A stretch of DNA of 63,895 bases, the filler included, from Bipalium vagum (taxonomy: Eukaryota), in the NCBI GenBank assembly GCA_037834085.1. It is 3 parts of 3 records of this genome, joined end to end, with 100 filler letters (N's around TTAATTAATTAA, not from the genome) between each part and the next. Parts side by side here need not be neighbours in the genome. Positions count along the whole stretch, not along the records: positions 1 to 31,831 come from JBBMKC010245900.1; positions 31,932 to 47,926 come from JBBMKC010133920.1; 1 more part is not named here. The stretch is one strand, 5' to 3'. Numbering within the stretch: position 1 is the stretch's first letter; every line of letters begins with the position of its first letter. The translations under genes and the position numbers were made by a program. Shown here piece after piece: positions 25,646-38,400 of this stretch. The notes below the pieces were generated by a model. It was not told the origin of the DNA. It did not search any database and saw only the letters and a program-made list of their open reading frames with translations.

Positions 25646-27654
25646 AGTATATGAGCATCGGTTTTTTATGTACGGATGATCCAAATTAGAAAGTGTAGTA
25701 TGGATTATGCAAAATAAGATTAAATAAAAGTGTTCAATGTTCATCACATGGTGAAATCAAGTGAAAAACCAGCTAAAACAAAAATGACACAGTCACGAAA
25801 ACAGTGAGCTATGCACTATAGTATAATTACAAAGCCTATCTTATTACAAATAGAATTTATTATTGCATTCGAAAGTATGAGTTCTTATACTCACACCGCG
25901 TTCCCATAAAAACATTCTAATCTCCACTTTAGAATAATTTTATCAGGTGAACTTTAGAATTATGTGGGTGTGTCCTGAAGAGAGCTTTGCAATTAACACG
26001 CTTACCAATGCTAACATCAGATTAGAAGAAGAGCTCCAAAATCCCGATCCCAACAGTTAATTTGGAGTCACTAGTTCTACCGGCTTCATCCATTTATGGG
26101 AATATCGGGACTGTTACTCTGCACTATTACCATTATTATTTAAAAATCTATCTTATCTTAAAAATTCTAATTAACTTTATTAACCAATAGTATGCTATAC
26201 TACTAAGATTATTAAAAAAGAAAAATTCACAGATTGTTCTGTCCGATTAATAGGTTTAATAAAATACCACATAAAATTTAAGTCAAATAAACATATTCAC
26301 ATAAATTAAAAATTGGTGTTTTGTGTCGATTCTTCACAACTAGAATGGTTTTTAATTTCTTTATTTGATATTTTTAACAGATCGTTGCATCAAAATAGAA
26401 CGATTTTCACTACCGTTATTAAAATCATTATATTTTTTACAATATATTGGGTTGTTCTTAAAGTAACTTCGCATTATTTAGTAAAAAGTAAGACCAAAAG
26501 TTTTATTATTAATAGTAATAAAATATTTTAATCAATGATGCATTGTCCTTTTTGGTCCAAGATCTTCTGCCATCTACCAGTCAATTTAGAAATCCCAACC
26601 TTTAAAATGACTTAAGTGCTTTAAATTAAGATTTAAAGATAGGTATAAAAAGCGAAGTGACTTTCCGAACAACACAATATTTGGATGAATTTATTACCAG
26701 ATAATTAAGAAAATATTTTACTTGTTATAAATTTATTATTATTATATTTTCAGAGAATAACCATTTTTGATTTCTATTTTTATGCAGATAATGGGAAAAT
26801 ATAATTTGTTCTAACTAGGAAATGACATTATTTTACTAAGTAGTTTTTAATTAATACATTTTTTATTATTTTCACAAGTGTTAGCTCTCTTATATTACTA
26901 TGAAACCCTTTCGTAACACTTAAGTCGTAAATCTAATGATCCTTTCACTTTTGCCATTAACATTTTCGACAATAATTGAACCAAAACGACCAAAATAAAA
27001 CTTTATTTTATTAACACAGATACAAAATGGTGATCACACAATAAGACAGTTTCAAATGTAAAATTTCTCAATTATTAAAAATCAATAAAACGATACTGAA
27101 AATCAGAACAATCAATAATAGTCAAATCAAATAATCAAATCAATGTAAGAGTTAGATCAAAATAATATAGTCGCACAAAAATTTCAAAAATCTAATCAAC
27201 AATTTTTATAATCGATAAGTTAATGTTAATTTTTAAAAGGAAAGAAAAATAAAAACAAACAAATAGATATCTCACGGTTTAAAAAGAAGATAGGTCCTTC
27301 GGTTGTTTGATAAGTCCGATCTGGTATGTTCATAAACACCCTTAAAGCACAGGACCCATCGTTATGTCCTATTGCATAAAAATGGACATCATAAATATTA
27401 ATCAAATTGAATCTTCCGACAATAATCACAAATAAAATTAAGATGAAAATTTGTGGCACTTCATTGAGGACTCCAGTGTCTTTTATACTGATAAGACGAC
27501 TACTCAGTCGTACAACCGTATTCTTAATGGGGAATGCAAATTCTTTTTTTAGCCACTTGATCTTAAATCGATTCTTAATTGCTAGCTCTTGTCTAATCTT
27601 GGTAATTCGACATTCATCGTTGTCAAGATTAGGTTATTTAATGATAAAAATATA

Positions 27655-27685
<31 letters not shown>

Positions 27686-28788
27686 TTATGTACTTTAAAA
27701 ATAATTATAATTATTATTCAATTATCATTTTTAATACTAATATTATTATTAATATTAATATTATTACTCCATTTTTGACTCTTAAGTCTTTTTAATTAAT
27801 TTATAATTATTATAGACCCTTTTATGGTCTTCAAAGAATAGTTCAAAGGATTACAGGGATCAGTACATGAAGGTAACAGTTTAAAGTATAATTATAAAAC
27901 ATCCTTTCCTGACAATATACTAAACTTTTTACACCTTCAAATAAAAATATAATTTGTTTCTTAATTTTGATAAAATTTTTTAAATTTGAAAAGGCGAGTA
28001 ATTTTATTGGAAATAATAATTTATTATTATTATGTGACTGTACAGGGCTGAGTTCTAAAGTAAAGTTTAGAAAATGGTAAAGAAATAATTTTTGCATCAA
28101 TAGTTATATTATAAAATAAAATCTAAAGTATTGTGAAAGAATATATAACAGTAGGAGATAATATTTCTGTGCTATGAAAACAACGAAAAAAGTAAAAATC
28201 ACTGCAATATTGAAGGTTGTCTCATGAGATATTGTATTCGTACTCGCTCAACCTGGTCGCTCAACTTAATACTCTTTATTGAATTGTTAAAAAATAGTTT
28301 TCTAATCAAAATGCTGAGAATAATAATAATTTTTAAGTAGCCAAATGAAAAATAGTAGAATAAATACAGAAATATAATCTGTAATGATCTGCGATTATCT
28401 CAACATAAGTAACAGAAGCCAGACAAGTGAAAAAAGGATAACTAAAATGAAACTAAATTGGAAAAATGAAAATTATTATGAAAATTAAAGGATTTTTGGT
28501 GAAGCTGTCATCCAATGAGGGACGAAGTTTTTTTTGAATATGCACTTTGTGACACTGTCACTTATGTTATGAGATTTCAAATCTGAGTGAAATATTGTCT
28601 TCATCCTTTGTTTCTTCAAATAAAACTATTACAATACAACCAGATTGTCCAATTGCACTGCACTCAGTTTTTATCAAGAGATGCAAAACGTTTCACCAAT
28701 CAAATAAAAATTTTCGGTGATACTTGAAAAATTATTGACATTAATGTCAATATTCTCATAAATGTGGTCCACTTTTAAACAGTAACTT

Positions 28789-29430
28789 TTAAATATGATA
28801 TGGATTATCTTCCATTCTAAGAAGTTCATCTATTGTGTGTTGTCGCAAGTTTGTTATCTTCCTGTCATTGTTATACAGTTTTTGTGAACGATATTTGGCG
28901 GTTGAATGCTTTTTATCGTTTCTGTTTGGAACCATTGAAACTTTGTATGATTTCAGACCTTCCTCTTTGCGGACTTTTTGAACATAACTAGTCGACATTT
29001 TAACTTTTTTAGCCGTATCACGAATAGAGATTCCGGGATTTTTATGAAATGTTCGTATCACTTCCTTGGCCTTTTTCTCTGAGATAAATCCCTTCTTTCG
29101 TCCACATCCAACTTTTCTTTCTGTGCTTAATCGTTTATCGAAGTTTTCAAGCACAAGTGTTACCGTTGATTTGGAAACATTTAGGCTTTTTGCAACATCT
29201 CTGTGAGATAAATCCACATTTTCCAGCTTTTTGCGCACAATTAATTCACGAATACTTTTTTTTGTTGAGACCATTCTTCTAAATTTTATAGAAACTAAAA
29301 AATTATAGATTCTTTATTATAAACTAATGATTCAGTTATAGATCCGTGTACTGACCTATATTTTTACAATTATATCTGAGGTGTCAAATGTGTTTGTATG
29401 CGACCATTTTTTTTCGAATACACTCTTTAT
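28789..29430 (-). mobile_element. Tc1-like element 5' portion (N-terminal HTH of transposase, DDE domain lost)
   Basis: ORF 28789..29274: LSHRDVAKSLNVSKSTV..RKVGCGRK..NPGISIRDTAKKV..GLKSYKV. A TIR-like end lies near 29403-29428. Confidence 0.75.
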
Positions 29431-29699
29431 TTAAAATTACTTTATTTTCATATTTTTAAATGTATTTCCATGCTTCCGAATTTAGTTGTTACTCGATGGG
29501 GTCATGAATATTTTGTGCCGTTTATTACCACCTAGACTTTTACATTTTTTCTAAATTTATTAAGGCCTTACCAGATAATTCATTATTTTGTTATATATGC
29601 AAAAAGATGATTGAGTGTTAAATTTTAAAGGCTGAATTGTTTAACGTTTCAAGATACAGTTTTCTTCAATAATTGATAGAGAAATTGGAAAAGCTGAGT

Positions 29700-29990
29700 A
29701 TGCTAAATGGAAATCTCTGGAAAATATTTATCGAAGCGTACGAAGGCTTAGAAGGGCATGCAGAAGAAAAATTAACTACACGCATTGGCAAAAATCCTGA
29801 TGCCGAAGAATTGGTATATGGAAAAATCCAGAAATTCGACATATGACACAATATGCATCTTTAGTATTTGTTGATGTTGAAAGCTCATTTTCTCATCATA
29901 AATTAATGTTATCTTATCGTAGACAGAATATGACAATAGAGAATATACAATATTTAAATGTTATTGCATATAATCAATTCTTGTTTGATT
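29700..29990 (+). mobile_element. hAT-like transposase C-terminal remnant
   Basis: QYASLVFVDVESSFSHHKLMLSYRRQNMTIENI resembles the YAPxTSxDVERSFSxYKxxLxDRRxxxxxENL tail of hAT-family transposases. Confidence 0.6.
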
Positions 29991-30858
29991 GGTATTTGTT
30001 TAAATTTGTGTTGAACATAATGTATCACATAATCCACAAAAACCTAGTACAAAGTTATGCACATAAGTCTCAAATTGGTAGCACATAAAAATCCGGTCTC
30101 TAATAATAAATCAATAATTCTATTTAGTTTATTCATTAAACATTGTAAAATTCCAAATCTGTATTAAATTCTTTTCATCAACAACAATAACCTTGAATTA
30201 TTTAAACAATGAAGTGGTATGCATGATACAACTGATCTAAAACAAAGTCGATAACCACTAGTTTACTAAAATAGCTCGAATCGATTCCTTGATCCAATTT
30301 CCAAGTGTTCAATTTATTTTGAATCTTTTTTAATTGTTTCTTTGAACAATGATAGAATGAAACAATAAAAAAATCTCCGTCCGTTTTGGAAACGCCAATA
30401 AAGATTAAAACCCAACAATATTACTATAGTGGAAGAGAAACGATTAATATTTAGAAATATTTTTTTATTGCACATGAAAAATGCAAAATAATTGCTTTAA
30501 TGCAGGCATAATAAATAATATTTTCTTTAAATTATTATCAAAGATAAATTGCATTAAATTCGCCCGTTTCCCTTTCATTTCAAAATATTAATACCAGTTA
30601 TGATTGAAATGAAATTTACTGTTTAAATAATAAAATAATATTATTAAAATTATCTGTCTAAATTCAAAAAAAATAAATAAATGAAAATTTTAAATTCAGT
30701 AATTTTTTATAGGAATATTTTTTCGTGAAAATTACGTAGGAAAGATTTCTCATTTATTTCTTGGTACAAATATCGACACTTAAACATTTATAAATAAAAA
30801 ATGAATTAATTTTATCTTCATTTCCGTTATGCTACTATTTAACTCTGTCTAAAGAGCT

Positions 30859-31681
30859 TCAATGGAGGTTACAGGAAAATATTTTCACCATGTGGGGTTC
30901 GTTTAAAGAATATTCTGCCGCTACCAATTTATTGTCCCGGGAAATCACAGCAGCCTGGACACAACCTAGACCACTTTTTCCGTTAAGCACAATTTCCGTA
31001 TAACCACCATCCGACGAGTTGAATACAGAGATACATCTGTTCACAGAATCAGACACAAGTATTCTGTTATTTATGAAATAAATACTGTTAATAAACACGT
31101 GTAACCCAGATCCAGGAATGTATAACTTCATTCTTCTTAACGGCGATCCCGCCTTGTTAATGACGAATATTTCGTTCGAATGAGATTCGCTGAGATATAT
31201 CTCGTCACGGGCGGTATTAACAGTCATTAGGGTAAAATATCCTTCGTCATTAATCGTAATAGTTGTAAGTCTTTCCCCACATAGTGAAAAGCATTCAATC
31301 GTCTGGGATTTGGTCAACACGAGAATGGTATTAGAGAAGCCAGATGTCAAACAGATAGGGTTAGATTGGCAGATGAATACACGTTCACTTACTCCAGACG
31401 AGGTTATTAGATTAACAACTGAATTTCCATAGTTAGCAATAGCAAAGTACAATTTTCCCACTGCACAAACGGAAAGTGGACTAGAGAAAGGAAATGTTTC
31501 GTCTTGTATACTATATTGTTTTATTGAGAACGTCTGAATCCCTCCAATATTGAATCCAATAATTCTATTATTACCAGAATCACAGACAGCAATCAAACCA
31601 TTGTTCATTACAGATACGGATCTTGGGAACGATAATGGAGATTCAGAATCATTTAACTTTGCTCGTGTCAATAATCTGTTT
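30859..31681 (-). CDS. Terminal exon encoding an NHL-repeat beta-propeller (TRIM-NHL/Brat-like C-terminus). The 5' exons are missing, and an assembly gap lies upstream
   Basis: LSFPRSVSVMNNGLIAVCDSGNNRI, FSSPLSVCA, NPICLT, EIYLSESHSNEI, RILVSDSVNRCISVF. The AG acceptor at 31682-31683 is phase 2; the stop is at 30859. Confidence 0.85.
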
Positions 31682-31758
31682 CTAAAATTAAAAAATGTTT
31701 AAAGAAAATATTATATTTCTGAATTATTTTTGTTTTATTGTGATTTACTCAGGGACGA

Positions 31759-31759
<1 letters not shown>

Positions 31760-31831
<72 letters not shown>

Positions 31832-31832
31832 N
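31760..31832. repeat. (AAT)n microsatellite running into an assembly gap
   Basis: About 24 perfect TAA/AAT units followed by Ns. Confidence 0.95.
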
Positions 31833-31931
31833 NNNNNNNNNNNNNNNNNNNNNNNNNNNNNNNNNNNNNNNNNNNTTAATTAATTAANNNNNNNNNNNNN
31901 NNNNNNNNNNNNNNNNNNNNNNNNNNNNNNN
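31833..31931. other. Assembly gap with an artificial TTAATTAATTAA spacer (same design at 47927-48027; plain N gap at 46018-46154)
   Basis: N-run, then the 12-mer with stops in all six frames, then N-run. Occurs twice. Confidence 0.95.
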
Positions 31932-32403
31932 GTCCAATAAACTTGACCAATTATTTATATTTAAAAAACTAAAATGTCTACTTCTTTTAATTAGACTATA
32001 AAAACAACTCAGTACTTTAACAATATTTTTAAAAAATATTTAACGTTTATTATTCATATTTTCATAAATATCGATGCAATTATAATTGCTCTTATATAAC
32101 AAAAATTTTAAAGCAAAATGTCATGTGTTCAATAAACTTGACGAGGACTATATACGCCAGGATAATAATAATTCATTTATATTTGCATAAGTCTTAATAA
32201 ATAATTTATAATAAGTTATAGTTTAGTTATAAATCACTGTTTATAATATATATATAGAACATAATATCACAAGAAAATCGAAATAAAAATCAAAATTTCG
32301 AAAAAATAAAAAGAAAAATAGTTTTAAAAATAATTTTAAAATAAATATTGTCAAATAGGATGGTATTGAAAACGAATTCCTTTATCCAATTTAATGAACT
32401 CAC

Positions 32404-35400
32404 CACAATGATGGACTCTTTTCGTATAATCGGTGAATACTGATTTGTATATTTATATTGTAGGAAAGATTTCTGTCTTTTCCAAAGCTTTCTGACATCC
32501 GTAAAAAGTTTATAACTTCTGAAGACAAATAGAAAAATATCAATGACCATCATCGCGATTCTTAAAGACAATGTGCTAAATACAATTTCTGGTTCTTTTG
32601 TCAAAATATTTGGAAAATCTTTGGAAGCTGCCATCGAAGCTTTATTGAAAGGGGACTTTCCTTTCCGCGGAATATAACTCAGATTTGATTCCATATAGCG
32701 AAATGAGGATGATAAGTTGATATGTAATGGAATTGTTTGGATAGGATGCAAATTGGTCAATTGCAAAGAAACGTCATTCAGGAAATCATATCTGAGAAAA
32801 AAAATATTATTATCATTATTATTATATTATTATATTTTTATTATTGTTATTATTATTGTTATTAATTTTTTTATATTATCAGGTTTGAAAAAAATAAATT
32901 GCGGTTCTTAATTTTGAATTTCAAATAACAAATCACAAATTAAACAAAATTTCTTTATCAAAAAAAGAAACCGTTACACTGTACCATTTTCTCACAACGA
33001 TTCACAAGCTTACTTATCCAGATTTAAGAAAAATCTCGAGTTCTACATTAAAAAATTTTCAAAGGCTTTAATTATTATTATGGAAGATTTTCTCCGACCA
33101 AATATTTTGAGAAATAATAATCAGTAATTGAGAGGTCTGGTGAGTAGGCTGACTGAGGCAGAATTTCAATATCAAGCTGATTCAATTTTTGTAAGGTAGG
33201 TCATGGAGAAGCAATGAGCTTTTTCTATTGACCAAGGCTAGGTAGATGCACTTTAGTTTTGATACATTTTTTCGATTTCCACACAGTACATTTTGGTGGT
33301 AATTTTTTGACCATATTTCAAGAATTTATAATGGATTAGATTAGTGGAACACCATCAGACAGTCCCAAATGCCCTCCATTGGTGAAATTTAGGTTTAAAA
33401 AAGATTTAGGAAGCTCATTTCGATAAAAAAAAGTTCAAAAATAATAAAATAGAATAATTAATAAAAAATATTTAATAATTAATGAGAATATTGATTAAAA
33501 TTTTATAAAGTTCTAATTTTTTATTATAAAATTGAAAATTAACTAAAATTGATCAATTAAGATTGGAAAATATGCCTAGAGAAAAGAATAAAAATTAACA
33601 CTAAATAAGAAATAATTATTCTATTACGATTTTAAATAATTTTTAATAAAATAATAATATCAATAATAATAAATAAATAATAATAAAATAATAATCAAAT
33701 TATTATTATATTTGTAAACGTGTGGTGTATATATTGACAATCATTAAGAATATCAATATTATTGAAAAAGTAATTAATGATATCACTCTTAGTAAAAGAA
33801 TATAGATTATAAAATTCAATTATTCAATTAGTATAAATCGAAGTTGTTAAATTTTTCATTTTATATTTCATATTGTCTTAATAATAGATATTTTAAATCA
33901 TTAAATTATATTTAAATTATTAATAGACCAATCAAAATGGAAAGAACTAATTTTGAAGGAAATATATTTATAAATTTTTAAAGTGTTAATTTGAATTTGA
34001 TTAAGAAAAAATAAGTCAGTCTTATTTATTTCTTTATCCAAATTATGGTCAGGAGACCATCAGGTTTCTAAGGACATGACCGAGTTCTAATGTGAATACC
34101 AATTGTACTTCCTTAATTGCCAAGTTTACATGATCTTATAAGATCATGCAAGAGGTCTGAGTTCCGAAATTGCTGATTTATATTTATTTCTGCTTTATTT
34201 AATTAAAATAAATTTGTTATTAATACTAAAATTCAACTGGCAGTTTGATTTAGAATGCAACATTAAATAAATTATTCTTCTTCGATATCTATTTTCAAAT
34301 AATATCACTATCATGATTTAAAAATATTATCTACATTATTATTGAACAAAAGTAAAAAAAACCTATTTTAATTCTAAAAACTTTGAAAATACCATTTTTT
34401 AAGATTTTTAAATTATTTTTTTAAAAAATAATTTCTTTTCTTTAAAATATTAATTAAAGAAAACAATTATCATCCATTGATTTCTGCTTTTTCCATTTTG
34501 TGAATTAATTTTTGGTTTCGGTTTTTTAATAACTAATGATTTGCATATTTTCTTTCTTTATCGTTTATGAAATCATTACTACTCTAAACCCATTCTCATT
34601 GGCATATTTATTTCCTCGTCTTTCTTTGCAACTAAAAGTAAGATCCAACACGTTACTTATTCTAATTTTTTGAGAATGCTCACTAATTCGTGTCTTTAGG
34701 TGATGTTGTGTCTCCCCTATGTACAGATGACCACACCCATGTCATTGGAATTTGTAAACGATATTAGCTTGCATTGGTTTTGAAGTCACTGTTTTGATTT
34801 TTAAAATATTCTTAGTTTTGACTGTTAGAGTTATTACTTTTAGGCCTTCTTCTTTTATTGTCTGTAATATTTAACTTTTAAAAATCTTGAATCCTTCTGA
34901 ATAGGGAATTTTAATAATTTTTTTATATTCATTTTTCTCTTTATCTTCTTATTGTATTCTTGATCTTTTATAAATTTATTGACGGTACTTTCCATCGTCT
35001 TTTCAATTTTCCAATTTGGATACGCATTATTTTGTAATATTCTCTTTAGTTCATTCAACTCTATATCAATCTGTTTATAATCTGATGTTAAGGACTAAAC
35101 TCTATGTATTAAACTATTCATTAAACCGCATTTATACTTTTCCTCACAGTAGCTGTTATTTGACGTGTATAAACCGGCTTATATTTTATTATTTTAAGGA
35201 AACTTAGCACGCAGTTAAGCCAGTCAAATGATGTGTTTTGAAAGGTTCAAAAAGTGAGTAGATTTTTTTTTAAGGATGCTTAACTCATACGATTTATGTC
35301 TTCAATTTACTCAGTTTTAGCATATATTTGTATGTCATTCCTGCTTATTTTTAACAAGTATAACATTCTTTTCTTTTTCATTATGAATAAATAAAGGGAC

Positions 35401-38400
35401 ATATCTTGTAAATAATTGATAATGATTATTGATGAAACATTACTTATATCTATTGAATGAAAAACCCAGGTAATTACTCAACTATGAAGAATGAAAAATA
35501 TTGTAATACTGGAATAATATTCAGTTAAGGTAGTTATTATTGTAAAACTTCAAATTTAAGCCGAAACATAAAAAAATAGATTGAAACAAATAAATGTTTC
35601 AGATAATCACAAAAACCGTATATTGCAATGTTATCTTATATCTTCTCTCATTTTCTTTGATAACGAAGAATTAATAAAATATCGAAGAAAATATTTATAA
35701 TAAATTTTCCATAGAAAAAGATTTTTACTTCTTTGACTCTAATACAATTCACTTTATTTTAATTTTTCTTTCACTACTTTTGTTGAAAGAAAAGTATATA
35801 AATAATTTAAACGGATATTTACATTTTGTTTAAATAATTTTGTGAAATATGAAATTGACTCTTAGGGAATTTGTCATGTCGAAAATTAAGATTTTCATTA
35901 CAAATGAAGATTCACTTAACCTGTTTAATTGTTTACAATTTTCGTCAATTAATTAATTGAAAACTTCTATAACACAATGTTATGCATGGAATGAACATTT
36001 ACAGTTCTACTGTGACTTATTTAAGTAAAATGGTTCATATTTAAAACATTATTTGACAATTAATTTTCTCGTTACTTTATTAACCTTTTACAGGATCACA
36101 TGGGTATCTAAGTATTTTAACTAAGTATTTTAATCATTAGTATTAAATAATTTAAAATATAGAATTCAATTTTCTGCAATTGTATTATTTAATTTGAGTT
36201 TAGCATGTAAACATAAACAACTAAATAATAAATAATTACCAAATAAATTTATCTAAATAAATTATATTGGCAAATCCGGGAATACCAAAATTCAACCAAT
36301 ACATTTATCTTATTTCCAATAAAATTGAAATAAAAAATCTTAATTATCTTTTTTTCTTTTTATACTATTTATTGTTATAGTAGATTTATTTAATCATTTC
36401 AAAATCATTCATAACACAATTATAAGTTTGACTAAGACCCTGGGATACTTTGAAAATAAAAATAGTAAAGTCATGGTGTTTTTCTCAGTGTTATTTACTT
36501 TATTACTAGTTTCCATGTCAGTAAGAATTCTTTATTTTTATTAGGTTAAATAATAGTGTCATACAACTTCATCAGTTTTAAAAAAGTTTATGGAATAAGT
36601 TATCGAAATATGCAAGATACTAAAATATCAGGACAAAACGAAAATAGACAGTTATTAAAAGAATATCTTTAAGATCCTCAAATTATAAAATAAGGATAAG
36701 AAAATTCCATTATTGGAAGGTTAGATGCAACTAGAGGCTAAAATCACTTTAAATTGGGAAAACTTTCAATCGTCGATGTATAAACCGATCTTGACAAACC
36801 CTACAATGAAGGGAGATATAAGAGTGGACGGAGGGACGAAGATCAAGCACCTTGAGGGAAGTTAGACTTAAGACAATTCAAAAACATAGGAGGTTAAAGG
36901 ATTTATGTAGATTTGCCAATTAGTAAATTCTTGTGATATTCTGTAAATAATAAAAATTTTGAAAAACTACCTAGATAACAATATAACTGAGAGTAACAAA
37001 ATTGACCTAACAGGCCTTTGTAAAGTTGTAAATTAACCTTAAAGCAAGCTCGAAATAGAAAAATCTGAAAATTATGTACCGTTGATCACTGGAAGATTGT
37101 GAGAATTAATTAATATTTTACCAGTTTAGAAGGATTCTTTAAAGCCAAACTTCAATAAAAGAGTCAATCAAAAGTTTTATTTACCTTATAACATCCTTTA
37201 AGGCACACTGAACGTCGAATAAAACAAACATTTGAAAAAAACTGATGCTGACTGTCTGTTTAAGCACATGAAGAAACATTTTCAGGCTGGAGATTTGAAT
37301 CAAAAGAGGATCTAAAGAAAATTATTTATAAAAAGAAAGGAATAAAACAGTTCGAAAACCGTTGAAAAAGACATTTTCATAAGAATATCATTGAAAGTTA
37401 TATTTACATAAGATATATTAATTGTGCTATTTTTACTCTCTGTTCATAGATCAGTTAAGTCTTCTTTATTTCAAAAAGTATATTCTATTATATTTATTAT
37501 AAATAAACCACTTTGATGGTGAAATCTGCATAATATGCAAACCTCACTATTCAACTCTTCTAAGATGTTCATCGAAGTTTGGTAGTTCCATCATATGTCA
37601 TTATAAGTGATATTAATATGGTTGATTTTAATTGCTGCTCTCGCTTCTGGATTTATATATGTCCAATTTTAAACCCCTCAAATTAAACAAAAACCTTCAT
37701 AAGAAACCATAGATATTTCAGTAAACTCTTTCGTAAAGACTAGCAAATGATCTTTGTTAAAAATTATGGAGCATTGTTTCATCATCTTAAACTAGATTAA
37801 TCTCAACAACTGAGTAATATGGTTTCAAGATTAAAGGTTCGTATGATAATCATTTAGAGCGCAAAATAATCGAATTTAAAATTCAAAGTTACAAGTTTCA
37901 AGTGAAAGCCAAAGACCTGTGGAGAAGCTTGCTCCTTAAAAACAAGATAAAGTCATTTTCATACTAAAATGCTTCGTTTTATGATAAAGGTCAATATTCA
38001 AAATAACACATCAAATATGTAAGGAATGGAACAGGAAAATCGTAAATGGTACTCGTACTAATGGTAGGTTTCAGTGAATGTATTCTTTCTTCTTCAGAGT
38101 AGCATAACCTCAGTGAATTTAAAATTTATGATAATTTCATCATATAATTAGAAAAGATGTAAGAAAAATATATCAATACTAATTTTTAACAAAATTATTA
38201 TAATTAATTATATTGATCAGATTCTGTGTAAAAATTAAGATATTCTTTTATTGTATATATTATATTTAAGAAAAATTTAGGCAATTTCTTTTTTTATTTT
38301 TCAAAAGAAATAAAATTTCTGTTCAAGAAAGACCCAAAAAAATCAAATGGAAAACATTTTGTATTTCTAATATTTTGTATTTCTAATTAATTTTACATTC

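Noticed and set aside
27226-27778. Hydrophobic ORFs on both strands
   Set aside because: They derive from (ATT)n low complexity and LTR-like repeat sequence, with no protein motifs.
31876-31887. TTAATTAATTAA palindrome within N runs (also ~47971-47982)
   Set aside because: Artificial scaffolding spacer with stops in all frames, not biological.
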